Assembly (NCBI GenBank): GCA_902806415.1
Contig: CADCWN010000015.1
Coordinates: 57,229 to 121,228 of the forward strand
Length of the DNA stretch: 64,000 bases
From: an uncultured Thermomicrobiales bacterium
Lineage (GTDB): Bacteria; Chloroflexota; Chloroflexia; Thermomicrobiales; CADCWN01
Reading direction: 5' to 3'
The position numbers and the translations under genes are program-made. Below the pieces are notes generated by a model. The model was not told the DNA's origin. It worked only from the letters and a program-made list of their open reading frames with translations, and made no database searches. Of this stretch, positions 1 to 8,711 are shown one piece after another. Numbering within the stretch: the first letter of the stretch is position 1; each line of letters opens with the position of its first letter.

Positions 1-706
1 GTGAGCCGAACGCCCAGATCGGGGCGGAGGGGAGGAGTGTCACCTGAGCGGGGATACCGAGCGCATCAAGGGCGGCGAAGGCGTCGGCGTGGGTCGTCTC
101 GCGCGGGTAGGGGACGCCGTGAATCGCCCGCCAGAGGGCGACGAGCGGCGCATCCACCGCCGTGGCGCGCAGGATGATGACGCAGCGACGCAGGGTGTGC
201 GCATCGAGCTTGCGGATGAATGGGCCGATCTCGGCGAGCGGCATCAGCACGTTGGCACAGAGGACGAGATCGGCGGGCGACACCTCCGCCGCCTCCCAGT
301 CGTCCGCGACGAGGCGCAGACGCTCATCGCCGACCCCGGCTGCTGCGGCATTCTCGCGCAACAGTGCCCGCAACGGATCAGAGGGTTCGACCGCCGTCAC
401 CATGCGGGCGGCACGCGCCAGGGGGATCGCGAAGCGCCCCCAGCCCGCGCCGACATCGAGGACGGTCGTCTCGGCATCGACCCGATCAAGCAACCAGTCG
501 AGCGGCGGGAAGCGGTGGGCCGGATCGACGCGCATCTGCGCGCCCGGCGCGGCGGCGCGCGCGGTCCAGTAGTCGCCCTCGTCGCCGCGCCGCGCCCGGA
601 TCGCGCCGATGACCGTCTCGCGCCGCGCGTTCAGGAAGCGCCAGCGCGCCAGCGGATCAGCGGCGAGGGCGTCCACCTCGGGTATCGGCTTATCCCCATC
701 GCTCAT
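1..706 (-). CDS. class I SAM-dependent methyltransferase (C-terminus runs off the left window edge)
   Basis: Absent from the ORF track because there is no stop inside the window. My minus-strand translation from the ATG at 706..704 reads MSDGDKPIPEVDALAADPLARWRFLNARRE...TTVLDVGAGWGRFAIPLARAARMVTAVEPS... VLDVGAGxG is SAM-binding motif I. The + ORF 89..721 is its antisense shadow. The start overlaps the upstream stop as ATGA. Confidence 0.75.
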   Translation of the reverse strand, partial: MSDGDKPIPEVDALAADPLARWRFLNARRETVIGAIRARRGDEGDYWTARAAAPGAQMRVDPAHRFPPLDWLLDRVDAETTVLDVGAGWGRFAIPLARAARMVTAVEPSDPLRALLRENAAAAGVGDERLRLVADDWEAAEVSPADLVLCANVLMPLAEIGPFIRKLDAHTLRRCVIILRATAVDAPLVALWRAIHGVPYPRETTHADAFAALDALGIPAQVTLLPSAPIWAFGS

Positions 707-999
707 CGCGGCTCATCCTGACCTGGCTCTACAGAGGGGATAGCCCGGTACGGCAACCCGGCCCGCGCACCGGCGATGATGAGGTCCTCCAACGCCGTCC
801 GCTCGCGCTGCATCTCGCGCACCTCCTCCAGCCAGCGGTACTGCGCCTCGGGATTGAGCCGGTCCACGCCGAAGCCCCAATCGCGCTCCGACTCCGCGAG
901 CGAGCCGATCGCCCCCGCCAGATAGGCGGCCAGTGCGCGATACCGCCGGACGAGCGCGGCGTAGGTTTCGCCGGTGAATTCGCCCGCCCGCTCGTCCAT
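703..999 (-). CDS. hypothetical small helical protein
   Basis: 98-aa track ORF with a charged, helical-looking sequence (…AQYRWLEEVREMQRERTALEDLI…). I recognise no family. Its stop overlaps the methyltransferase start (ATGA), which suggests co-translation. Confidence 0.5.
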   Translation of the reverse strand: MDERAGEFTGETYAALVRRYRALAAYLAGAIGSLAESERDWGFGVDRLNPEAQYRWLEEVREMQRERTALEDLIIAGARAGLPYRAIPSVEPGQDEPR

Positions 1000-1033
1000 C
1001 GCCTCACCCCCGAGCGCCGGTCGGCACCGTTGA

Positions 1034-1375
1034 TCACTCCGCCGCCTCGATCGTCACCGTCAGGCCGAAGGTGCCGAGGCGTTCGGCATAATACTCGGCC
1101 TGCTCGCGCGCGCAGATGACCACCGTTGCGCGCCCGGTGACGTGCGCCTGGAGCATGATCAGGATCGCCTTGCGCTGACTGAGGCTCGGCACCGACTTGC
1201 AGAGCGCCCGCACCACCTCATCGGTCGAGTGGACATCGTCGTTGTAGAGGATGACCCGATATGGCGGAAACCGCCGCAGCAGATATTCGGTATCGAACTC
1301 GGTGCCAACACCAGGCGTTGCTGGTGCGCTTGAGGCGCGCGGAGCGGGTGAGATGGAGCGGCGCTCGGCGTTCAT
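1034..1375 (-). CDS. clpS: ATP-dependent Clp protease adaptor ClpS
   Basis: The C-terminal 113 aa of track ORF 1034..1606 (…FPPYRVILYNDDVHSTDEVVRALCKSV…ILIMLQAHVTGRATVVICAREQAEYYAERL…) is ClpS-like. I trimmed to the in-frame ATG at 1375. The upstream part is Arg-rich read-through. Confidence 0.85.
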   Translation of the reverse strand: MNAERRSISPAPRASSAPATPGVGTEFDTEYLLRRFPPYRVILYNDDVHSTDEVVRALCKSVPSLSQRKAILIMLQAHVTGRATVVICAREQAEYYAERLGTFGLTVTIEAAE

Positions 1376-1422
1376 CGGTCCCTCTGCATTACAGCTCGTC
1401 CCCATACCTCCCGCCCGCGTAC

Positions 1423-2361
1423 TCAGCCGACCAATCCGCCGACCTCGGCGATCTCGTCCGCGCTCAGTTGCCACTCGGCGGCGCTGGCATTCGTTTCGAC
1501 CTGCCCCGGCGAGGTGACCCCGGCGATGACGGTGGAGACCTCGGGCTGCGAGGCCAGCCAGGCGATCGCCAGGTCGCCGAGCGTCTTGCCGCGCGCCTCG
1601 GCCCACCCGGCCAGCCGCTCGACCGCCGCCTCATCCTTGCCGGCCAATTGCCGATCGAAGAACCCGGCCCCTTCCTGGTCGGTGCCGCGCGCCCCCTCGG
1701 GCCGCGCCCCGCCGCGATACTTGCCGGTGAGGATCCCGCCCGCCAGCGGGCTGTAGGGGACGATCCCGATCCCGAAGGCGCGGCAGGCGGGGACCAGCTC
1801 GGCCTCGATCCTGCGATCGAGCAGGCTGTAGCGCGGCTGGACCGAGACGAACGGCGCATAGCCGCGCTTGTCGCTGACCCACAGCGACTGCGTCAGTTGC
1901 CAGGCGGTGAAGTTCGAGCAGCCGAGATAGCGCACCTTGCCCGCGCGCACCAGATCGTCGAGGGCGCGCATCGTCTCCTCGATCGGCGTCTCGGGATCCC
2001 AGCTATGGACCTGGAGGAGGTCGAGATAGTCGGTCCCGAGGCGGCGCAGGCTGGCCTCGACCCCGGCGATGATATGCCCGCGCGACAGCCCCTGCTCGTT
2101 CGGCCCCTCGCCCATCTTCATCGCCACCTTGCTGGCGATCAGCCCCTTGTCGCGCCGGTCGGCCAGCGCCTTGCCGACATGGTCCTCCGACACACCGATC
2201 GAGTAGACGTCGGCGGTGTCGAAGAAGTTGATCCCCAGTTCGATCGCGCGGTGGATGATCCGCGCCGTGCCGGGCGCATCAACGTAGCGCCCGAAGGTGT
2301 TGCCGCCGAGCCCGATGACCGAAACCTTGAGGCCGGAAGTGCCGAGTCGCTTGTAGCGCAT
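1423..2361 (-). CDS. aldo/keto reductase
   Basis: MRYKRLGTSGLKVSVIGLGGNTFG…FFDTADVY…LDLLQVHSWD…VRYLGCSNF… is a typical AKR. I moved the start to ATG 2361, which is preceded by GAAGGAG. Confidence 0.9.
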   Translation of the reverse strand: MRYKRLGTSGLKVSVIGLGGNTFGRYVDAPGTARIIHRAIELGINFFDTADVYSIGVSEDHVGKALADRRDKGLIASKVAMKMGEGPNEQGLSRGHIIAGVEASLRRLGTDYLDLLQVHSWDPETPIEETMRALDDLVRAGKVRYLGCSNFTAWQLTQSLWVSDKRGYAPFVSVQPRYSLLDRRIEAELVPACRAFGIGIVPYSPLAGGILTGKYRGGARPEGARGTDQEGAGFFDRQLAGKDEAAVERLAGWAEARGKTLGDLAIAWLASQPEVSTVIAGVTSPGQVETNASAAEWQLSADEIAEVGGLVG

Positions 2362-2469
2362 GAGTGCTCCTTCTCGGATCGCCATCCGATCGCCGATCGA
2401 TGCTCACGCCCGCCACGATTGTACCGCAAGGGATGGCAAGGAATCGGTAGGTAGGCACAGCGGTTGGGC

Positions 2470-2564
2470 GTAGGGGCGTATTGCATACGCCCGACCCACG
2501 CCGGGGTTGCCTGCGGGCGTTTGTAGCTGGGCAAGGCCGTTGGGCGTATTGCATACGCCCCTAC
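2470..2564. repeat. 95-bp MITE-like element with GTAGGGGCGTATTGCATACGCCC / GGGCGTATTGCATACGCCCCTAC termini
   Basis: Both termini were read directly at 2470..2492 and 2542..2564. A second copy in opposite orientation lies at 56335..56427 and shares the internal GACCCACGCCGGGG. A half copy lies at 47927..47941. Confidence 0.8.
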
Positions 2565-2681
2565 ATCCGACCGCCTCCGCCACCCACTCATGTTCGCGCC
2601 CCCTCACCCATAGCTTGCCACTGCTATACTGCGCCCACTCACCCATCGACGACTGACGGCTGACGACTCCCCGGAGGACAG

Positions 2682-3755
2682 ATGCGCGACGAATCACGAG
2701 GTTTCTTGCACGGGCTGCTCGAAGCGGCGGGGCCGTCGAACTACGAGATCGAGGCGGCGCGGGTCTGGCGGGCCGAGGCTGAGCGGTTCTGCGCCGAGGT
2801 CGCGGCGGATGTGAACGGCAACTCGATCGCCCGGCTGCGCGGCGACGCGCCCGCCGGGGCGAAGAAGGTGCTGCTCTGCGGCCACATCGACGAGATCGGC
2901 CTGATCATCACCCACGTCAACGACGATGGCACCCTCGCCTTCCGGGGGATCGGCGGCTGGGATCCGCAAGTCCTCGTCGGCCAGCGAGTGCGCGTGCTGG
3001 CGCGCGGCGGCGGGGTGACCGGTGTGATCGGGCGCAAGGCGATCCACCTGCTGCGCGGCGACGACCGCGACCGCGCGGTGAAGCTGGACGACCTCTGGAT
3101 CGACATCGGGGCGAAGGAGAAGGCCGAGGCGGCGGCGCGCGTGCGCGTCGGCGATGCGGCGGTGATCGACGTTGCGCCGATCATGCTGACCGACGACCTG
3201 ATCGCCTCCCGCGCGCTCGACGACCGCTGCTGCGCCTTCATCGCGCTGGAAACGCTGCGCCTCCTCAGCGAGGGCGAGCCGCCCCGCTGCGATGTCTACG
3301 CCGCCGCGACGGTGCAGGAGGAGATCACCTTCCGGGGGGCGCACACCGTCGCCGCGACGGTCGCGCCGGACGTGGCGATCGCGCTCGACGTGACCCACGC
3401 CAGCGACCGACCGGGCGTGTCGCCGCAGGAGGTCGGGGCGCACGCCTGCGGCAGCGGCGCGGCGATCTCGCGCGGCAGCGTCTCGAATGATCTGCTGGTC
3501 GATCTGCTGATCGCGACGGCGGAGCGCGAGGGACTGCCCTACACCCTCGAAGCATCCGGCGGGCGCAGCGGCACCGACGCCGACGCCCTGGTCGTCAACG
3601 GGCGCGGCACCGCAGGCGGCGTCATCTCCGTCCCCTGCCGCTACATGCACTCGCCGGTCGAGGTCGTCAGCCTGACCGACCTGGAGACCTGCGCCAAACT
3701 CCTCGCCGCCGCGATCCGCGCGATCGGCCCGGAGACCGACTTTGTCCCGCGCTGA
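2682..3755 (+). CDS. M42 family metallopeptidase (glutamyl aminopeptidase / FrvX-like)
   Basis: 357-aa track ORF containing …VLLCGHIDEIGLIITHVNDDGTLAFRGIGGWDPQVLVGQRV…. A GGAGGA sits upstream of the ATG. Confidence 0.85.
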   Translation: MRDESRGFLHGLLEAAGPSNYEIEAARVWRAEAERFCAEVAADVNGNSIARLRGDAPAGAKKVLLCGHIDEIGLIITHVNDDGTLAFRGIGGWDPQVLVGQRVRVLARGGGVTGVIGRKAIHLLRGDDRDRAVKLDDLWIDIGAKEKAEAAARVRVGDAAVIDVAPIMLTDDLIASRALDDRCCAFIALETLRLLSEGEPPRCDVYAAATVQEEITFRGAHTVAATVAPDVAIALDVTHASDRPGVSPQEVGAHACGSGAAISRGSVSNDLLVDLLIATAEREGLPYTLEASGGRSGTDADALVVNGRGTAGGVISVPCRYMHSPVEVVSLTDLETCAKLLAAAIRAIGPETDFVPR

Positions 3756-3825
3756 GTCGGCGGCGAGTCGTTTGCTCCGCCCGCCGCATCGCGGCGGTTA
3801 ACGCGCAATGGCTATCCATGGGGGC

Positions 3826-3860
3826 GGGGCGACTCCGCACGAAGGTCGCGGAGTCGCCCC
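3826..3860. terminator. 13-bp perfect hairpin between convergent genes
   Basis: GGGGCGACTCCGC (3826..3838), a 9-nt loop, then GCGGAGTCGCCCC (3848..3860). No U-tract is present. It lies between the M42 peptidase (+) and GNAT (-) 3' ends. Confidence 0.45.
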
Positions 3861-3886
3861 ACCCCCACAACCTCCGCGAGTGCGGA

Positions 3887-4366
3887 TTATGACGGCTGAA
3901 GGAGGCTCTTGCGCATCCGAAAGTTTGTCATGCTCACGCCGCGTACGCTGGGACGTTGCTCCGCCTCGACGTGAAATCCCCACTTCTCGAAGAATGGGCG
4001 CGCGGTGATGCTGACGTGTGAGTAGAGGCCCGTCGCGCCGCGCGCGGTGGCGGTCGCGTGAATCTGCCGCATCAGTGCGGAGCCGACACCCCGCCGCGCC
4101 ACCGTCGCCGCAACATAGAAATGATCGATATAGCCATCGCCCTGCACGTCGGCATAGCCGACAATCCGCCCCCCCTCTTCCGCGACGAACGGTTTAATCT
4201 CGCGCATCCGCCGCGCCCAATCCTCGCGATCGACCGCCTCCGGTGCCCAGGCATCGATCTGCTCACGCGTGTAATCGGCCGACGCCGTACCGTGGATCGC
4301 CGAGGAAAAGACTTCCCGTAGGGCCGGTTCGTCGCCGCGGCGGAACTCCCGAATCCGCACGCTCAT
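3887..4366 (-). CDS. GNAT family N-acetyltransferase
   Basis: MSVRIREFRRGDEPALREVF…IVGYADVQGDGYIDHFYVAATVARRGVGSALM… I trimmed to ATG 4366, preceded by GAGGAGGA. Confidence 0.85.
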   Translation of the reverse strand: MSVRIREFRRGDEPALREVFSSAIHGTASADYTREQIDAWAPEAVDREDWARRMREIKPFVAEEGGRIVGYADVQGDGYIDHFYVAATVARRGVGSALMRQIHATATARGATGLYSHVSITARPFFEKWGFHVEAEQRPSVRGVSMTNFRMRKSLLQPS

Positions 4367-4403
4367 TCCGTCCTCCTCGCGAGCGGCGGCCAACAGTTCC
4401 TAC

Positions 4404-5243
4404 TCACCGACGCACGCGCGTTTCCATCCATTCGACGCCGAAGCGCACGAGATCGGCCGCCGGAAGGAGCGCCGACGGTGCCGCGCCGACAAGTCCGCTG
4501 CTGCCGCGACCGGTCGCGAGATAATCCCGCCCGATCGCCGCGAAGGGGTCGTCCTCGCCGAAGTCGGCGATCCCGTTCGTCGTGTCGTACTCCTCGATCT
4601 CCACCCACACCCGCTCTCCATCGCGCAGAATCGGCATCAGGTAGCGATCGATCCGCTTATCGGGGATATTCGCCAGATGTTCCGCGTGGTGCAGCAGCGT
4701 GATATTCGAGAGGATCGGTCCGAGCAGGAGCACCGCACCATCCGCCGCGCAGAGCCGCGCTGGCGGCGAGTCGGGGCCGTGGCCGTATTGCCAGGAATGG
4801 CGCGCGGTGAGCGCTTCGGCACCCGCGCCCACGGCGACGAACGATGCGAGGGGATGGTCGCTGCGCCGGGCGCCCGGCCAGGTACGCAGATACTCAGCGA
4901 GGACGCTCATCTCGTGATGATCGGCTGGAGAAGTGGCTGGGTCAAACGGCGGACACTCGGCCAGCCAGGCCGCCCGTTGCGCCTCTGACCACCCTGCCAT
5001 CTCGTAAGGATTCCCCTCCCAACTCGCCAGCATCAGCAGCGTCCCGCGCGGCGTCAGCAGATCGAGGAGCGCATCGAGGACGACACGCGGGCCGCCCACG
5101 ACCCAGCCGATCGCCCGCACCGAGGCGTGGAGCATCACCACGCCGCCCTCGCGCACACCCAGCGCGCGGAGGTCGGCGATCAGTTGACTGCGCGTTACGT
5201 GCTGCGCGGCGACGGGGTCTGCTGCGCCCATAGTTGTCCTCAC
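4404..5243 (-). CDS. aminoglycoside N(3)-acetyltransferase family (AAC(3)/Antibiotic_NAT-like)
   Basis: …LRALGVREGGVVMLHASVRAIGWVVGGPRVVLDALLDLLTPRGTLLMLASW…LLLGPILSNITLLHHAEH… resembles AAC(3)-type enzymes. The start is GTG 5243 or ATG 5231. Confidence 0.8.
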   Translation of the reverse strand: MRTTMGAADPVAAQHVTRSQLIADLRALGVREGGVVMLHASVRAIGWVVGGPRVVLDALLDLLTPRGTLLMLASWEGNPYEMAGWSEAQRAAWLAECPPFDPATSPADHHEMSVLAEYLRTWPGARRSDHPLASFVAVGAGAEALTARHSWQYGHGPDSPPARLCAADGAVLLLGPILSNITLLHHAEHLANIPDKRIDRYLMPILRDGERVWVEIEEYDTTNGIADFGEDDPFAAIGRDYLATGRGSSGLVGAAPSALLPAADLVRFGVEWMETRVRR

Positions 5244-5433
5244 AACGAGCCGACCGCCTCAATTCTAGCAGTTTCTTTCGAGCACACGATATGATAGGGG
5301 GGAAAAGTCGGTGCTGTCTCAATTCGTCACTCGTCATTCACTTGGAAAGCTGACCCGGCGCACCCGGCGGCGTATACTTCCCGGCAGCACGATCGATAGC
5401 CTCGTTCACAACGCAAGGCAAGGGCAAGGCACC

Positions 5434-6024
5434 ATGAACACTTCCCTGCGGATGACCTCCGCCGACCTGGCGAATTTCCCCGATGACGGCAAGCGACGCG
5501 AGATTATCGACGGGGAGTTGTACGTGTCGACGCAGCCGCACTGGTATCACCAAGTCCTCTGCGCCCGCTTCGGCCAATTTCTGGGCGAGTGGGGCGATGA
5601 GTCCGGTCGCGGTCAGGTCGCCGTCGCGCCGGGGCTGATCTTCGCGGAGGACGACGATGTCGCGCCGGACGTTGTCTGGGCCAGCCGGGAGCGGCTGGCG
5701 CGGATTCTCGAAGGCGGGAAGCTCTATGCCGCGCCCGAGTTGGTGATCGAGGTGCTGTCGCCGGGTCGGAAGAATATCGCGCGCGACCGCGAGACGAAGC
5801 TGAAACTGTATGCCCGCCGCGATGCCGACGAATACTGGATCGCCGACTGGCCTCGACACGCCGTCGAGATCTACCTCCGCGCGGGCGACACCCTCACGCT
5901 CGCCGAGACACTCGGCCCCGGCGACACACTGACGACGCCACTCCTGCCTGGCTTCGCCGTGGCCCTCGATCGGCTCTTCGCGGGGTTCCCCTTCGCCGAG
6001 GCCGTGGGGGAGGGCGAAGGATAA
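5434..6024 (+). CDS. Uma2 family (DUF820) endonuclease
   Basis: …DDGKRREIIDGELYVSTQPHWYHQ…APDVVWAS…APELVIEVLSPG…DRETKLKLYARRDADEYWIAD… I trimmed to ATG 5434. The upstream 41 codons of the track ORF translate a heptamer-repeat half site. Confidence 0.85.
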   Translation: MNTSLRMTSADLANFPDDGKRREIIDGELYVSTQPHWYHQVLCARFGQFLGEWGDESGRGQVAVAPGLIFAEDDDVAPDVVWASRERLARILEGGKLYAAPELVIEVLSPGRKNIARDRETKLKLYARRDADEYWIADWPRHAVEIYLRAGDTLTLAETLGPGDTLTTPLLPGFAVALDRLFAGFPFAEAVGEGEG

Positions 6025-6388
6025 GAGAAGCGGCCCTCACCCCCGCCGCCTCCGGATGAACCGGATTTATCCTGCTGCAAGTCAGGACAATATGCGGGCG
6101 GCACCCCCTCTCCTGATTCCAGGAGAGGAGGGAAGCCATTGCGGGTCTTTTGGCCGACGGATATGTCGCAGTCATCCCCACCAACACGTTCGACCACTTC
6201 CAGAAGCATTCGCCAGGCACCGTCCCTCCCTTGAAATGGGGGTATCCAATCTCATGCGCCGTCACCGCGCCGCCGAGTACAATACCCCCTTTGGCGGGCG
6301 ACCACGCCCACAGCAGCAGTTCGCCACATCGCCATCGCCAGGAGCGCCGCAGGGCGCGCTCGATAGCCACTCATGGGGGAAGAAGCTG

Positions 6389-7444
6389 ATGGCCCGGACC
6401 GCATCCCAGACCGTGCTCGTCACCGGCGGCGCGGGGTTCCTGGGGATTAACTTGCTGCGCTACCTGCACGCGCGCGGTTACGACCTCGTGTCGCTCGACA
6501 TGGCCGATTTCGATTACCCGGATATGCGCGACAAAGTGTTCGTCGTCAAGGGCGACATCCGCGACCGCGCGACCGTCGAGCGCGCGATGAAGGGGGTCGA
6601 TCTCGTCGTCCACGGGGCGGCGGCGCTGCCGCTCTATTCCGAGGAGGATATCTACACCACCGATGTGGTCGGCACCCGGCTGATCCTCGACGTCGCGCGG
6701 CAGCACGGCATCGCGCGCGCCGTCCACGTCTCCTCCACCGCCGTCTACGGGATTCCCGACCATCACCCGCTGGTCGAGGAGGACAAATTGGACGGCGTCG
6801 GCCCCTACGGCAAGGCGAAGATCGAGGCGGAGGAGGTCTGCCTCGAATTCCGCAAGAAGGGGCTGGTCGTGCCGATCATCCGCCCCAAGTCGTTCGTCGG
6901 CCCGGAGCGGCTGGGCGTCTTCGCCCTCTTCTACGATTGGGCGCTTAATGGGCGCAACTTCCCGATGATCGGCAACGGCAAGAACCGCTACCAGTTCCTC
7001 GACGTGGAAGACCTCTGCGCGGCGATTCACCTCTGTTTGACCCTCCCCGCCGAGCGGGCCAACGACACCTTCAACATCGGCGCGGAGGAATTCACCACGA
7101 TGGCCGAGGACTACCAGGCGGTCCTCGACAAGGCGGGCTTCGGCAAGCGGATCATCGGCTTCCCTGCCGAACCGGCGATCTGGGGCCTGCGCTTCCTCGA
7201 ACTGCTGCGCATCTCGCCGCTCTACAAATGGGTCTACGAGACGGCCTCGAAAGATTCGTTCGTCTCGATCGACAAGGCGAAGCGCCAGCTCGGCTTCAAG
7301 CCGCAGTATTCCAATAAGGATGCGCTGCTCCGCAACTTCGCCTGGTATATCGAGCACCGCGATCAGTTCGCCAGCCAGTCCGGGGTCTCCCACCGCGTCC
7401 CCTGGAAACAGGGCGCGCTCGGGCTGCTGAAGCGGGCCTTCTAG
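6389..7444 (+). CDS. NAD-dependent epimerase/dehydratase family protein
   Basis: MARTASQTVLVTGGAGFLGINLLRYL…YGKAKIEAE… shows a Rossmann GxxGxxG and a YxxxK. I trimmed to ATG 6389 (GGGGGA upstream). The first 111 codons of the track ORF are read-through. Confidence 0.9.
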   Translation: MARTASQTVLVTGGAGFLGINLLRYLHARGYDLVSLDMADFDYPDMRDKVFVVKGDIRDRATVERAMKGVDLVVHGAAALPLYSEEDIYTTDVVGTRLILDVARQHGIARAVHVSSTAVYGIPDHHPLVEEDKLDGVGPYGKAKIEAEEVCLEFRKKGLVVPIIRPKSFVGPERLGVFALFYDWALNGRNFPMIGNGKNRYQFLDVEDLCAAIHLCLTLPAERANDTFNIGAEEFTTMAEDYQAVLDKAGFGKRIIGFPAEPAIWGLRFLELLRISPLYKWVYETASKDSFVSIDKAKRQLGFKPQYSNKDALLRNFAWYIEHRDQFASQSGVSHRVPWKQGALGLLKRAF

Positions 7445-7471
7445 GCAACTATTACCCGACAAGATCACAAT

Positions 7472-7505
7472 ATCGGGGCGATCATAGTAGTATGATCGCC
7501 CCGAT
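7472..7505. terminator. 15-bp perfect hairpin, bidirectional terminator candidate
   Basis: ATCGGGGCGATCATA, GTAG loop, TATGATCGCCCCGAT. It lies between the convergent epimerase (+) and the 7546..8010 ORF (-). Confidence 0.6.
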
Positions 7506-7545
7506 CCATAGGAAGGTTATCAGCGACAAAGCAAATGATTTGCCG

Positions 7546-8010
7546 CTATGGCTCTACAAACCACTCAGGTTGGTGAATGAATTCCGGCACATCGATCTCA
7601 AAGTCGGTCGCAATGATGTAGTCGTCGCCATTGATCAGGAATAGCACCGGCATATCCGGCGTATCCTCGACCTGATCATTACCGAGGTACCGCGCACCGA
7701 TAGTGTCGAGAAAGCTGATTACCTTGCGATACAGCGGCGTGGGAAACCAGCCCAGCACGAAAGACTTACTCGCGGTCCACTCATAAAAAATGCGCGTATC
7801 TCCTGGCACGTTGAGGAAAAGGTACGGATTCTCGTGATAGCGCGTCTCGGCACGCACCAGATCGATGATCTCGCTGGTCTGTTGCTGCGTCAGCGGTGTG
7901 GTGCAAAGAATTTGGTGGCTTGGATGGTACGCCCATAGTAGTGGATGATCCTCAATAAACATCCAGTCGATTATTTCGCCAGCGTGCTGCGACAAACACG
8001 CCATGTACAC
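7546..8010 (-). CDS. hypothetical protein (AT-richer orphan)
   Basis: 154-aa track ORF with protein-like composition (…NPYLFLNVPGDTRIFYEWTASKSFVLGWFPTPLYRKVISFLD…). Hand counts of two 60-nt lines gave 29/60 and 31/60 G+C. I recognise no family. Confidence 0.55.
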   Translation of the reverse strand: MYMACLSQHAGEIIDWMFIEDHPLLWAYHPSHQILCTTPLTQQQTSEIIDLVRAETRYHENPYLFLNVPGDTRIFYEWTASKSFVLGWFPTPLYRKVISFLDTIGARYLGNDQVEDTPDMPVLFLINGDDYIIATDFEIDVPEFIHQPEWFVEP

Positions 8011-8076
8011 AGTATGAGCAAGTACTGTTACGTTCTTCTTTGCTTCTTCACCGGGCTGTAGCTTCCAGGGTTTGTT

Positions 8077-8238
8077 CTACTGTCTCGCTTCGAGATAGCG
8101 CGGGTGCTCCCACCACGGATAGAAGCGCACTGTATAGCGCGCTTCACGTTCAGGCAGGGAAACGTGCGCGCTGACGAATTCAGCATCAATTTGTGGGTAG
8201 AACCGATCCGCAACCTCGCAATAGTTCAATACTGGCAT
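8077..8238 (-). CDS. hypothetical 53-aa protein
   Basis: MPVLNYCEVADRFYPQIDAEFVSAHVSLPEREARYTVRFYPWWEHPRYLEARQ. Its ATG overlaps the upstream stop (TGATG). It could instead be a frameshifted tail of 8238..8699. Confidence 0.35.
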   Translation of the reverse strand: MPVLNYCEVADRFYPQIDAEFVSAHVSLPEREARYTVRFYPWWEHPRYLEARQ

Positions 8239-8699
8239 CAGATGGTATGCTCCGCCGGCTCGAAGTTGATCGGATGTCCGGCAAAGCGGCACTCGAGATG
8301 GATCTGCGCGTGCTGCGGACCGGCCCAGCGGCAGCGGGCGCAGTGGCTCACGCCGTAGAAATGGTCGAAGAGGGGCTGGCTCATCGTCGTCAGATGGCGG
8401 TCGAGCGCGAGGCGCTTGTACTCCTCGCGCACCGCAGCGTCGAGAGCGCGCGGCAAGCACTGCGGGTAGTGAAGCTGATAAGTCTCGCCGCTGGCACTGT
8501 CCTCCAGCGTCAGTATCTCGACCTCCAAACCACCTTCGATCGCAGCCGCCCGCCCGTTGAGGCGCAGCACCCCCCAATCGACCCCCGCCATCGCCGAGAG
8601 GTACTGGAGGAGCCGCGCCTTATCGATCGTGCGCGTCGCCAACCGCTCCAAGAGCGGGCGTACGCGCTGCACCACATCCTGCGTCGCTCGGTATGTCAT
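8238..8699 (-). CDS. hypothetical Cys/His-containing protein
   Basis: 153-aa track ORF with GGAGGGG upstream of the ATG. It contains …HYPQC…SHCARCRWAGPQHAQIHLECRFAGH…, a possible metal-binding cluster. I recognise no family. Confidence 0.55.
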   Translation of the reverse strand: MTYRATQDVVQRVRPLLERLATRTIDKARLLQYLSAMAGVDWGVLRLNGRAAAIEGGLEVEILTLEDSASGETYQLHYPQCLPRALDAAVREEYKRLALDRHLTTMSQPLFDHFYGVSHCARCRWAGPQHAQIHLECRFAGHPINFEPAEHTI

Positions 8700-8711
8700 G
8701 GCCCCTCCGGG

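Noticed and set aside
89-721. 210-aa + strand ORF at the window start
   Set aside because: The opposite strand encodes a methyltransferase with SAM motif I and a coupled upstream ORF, so the + frame is a shadow.
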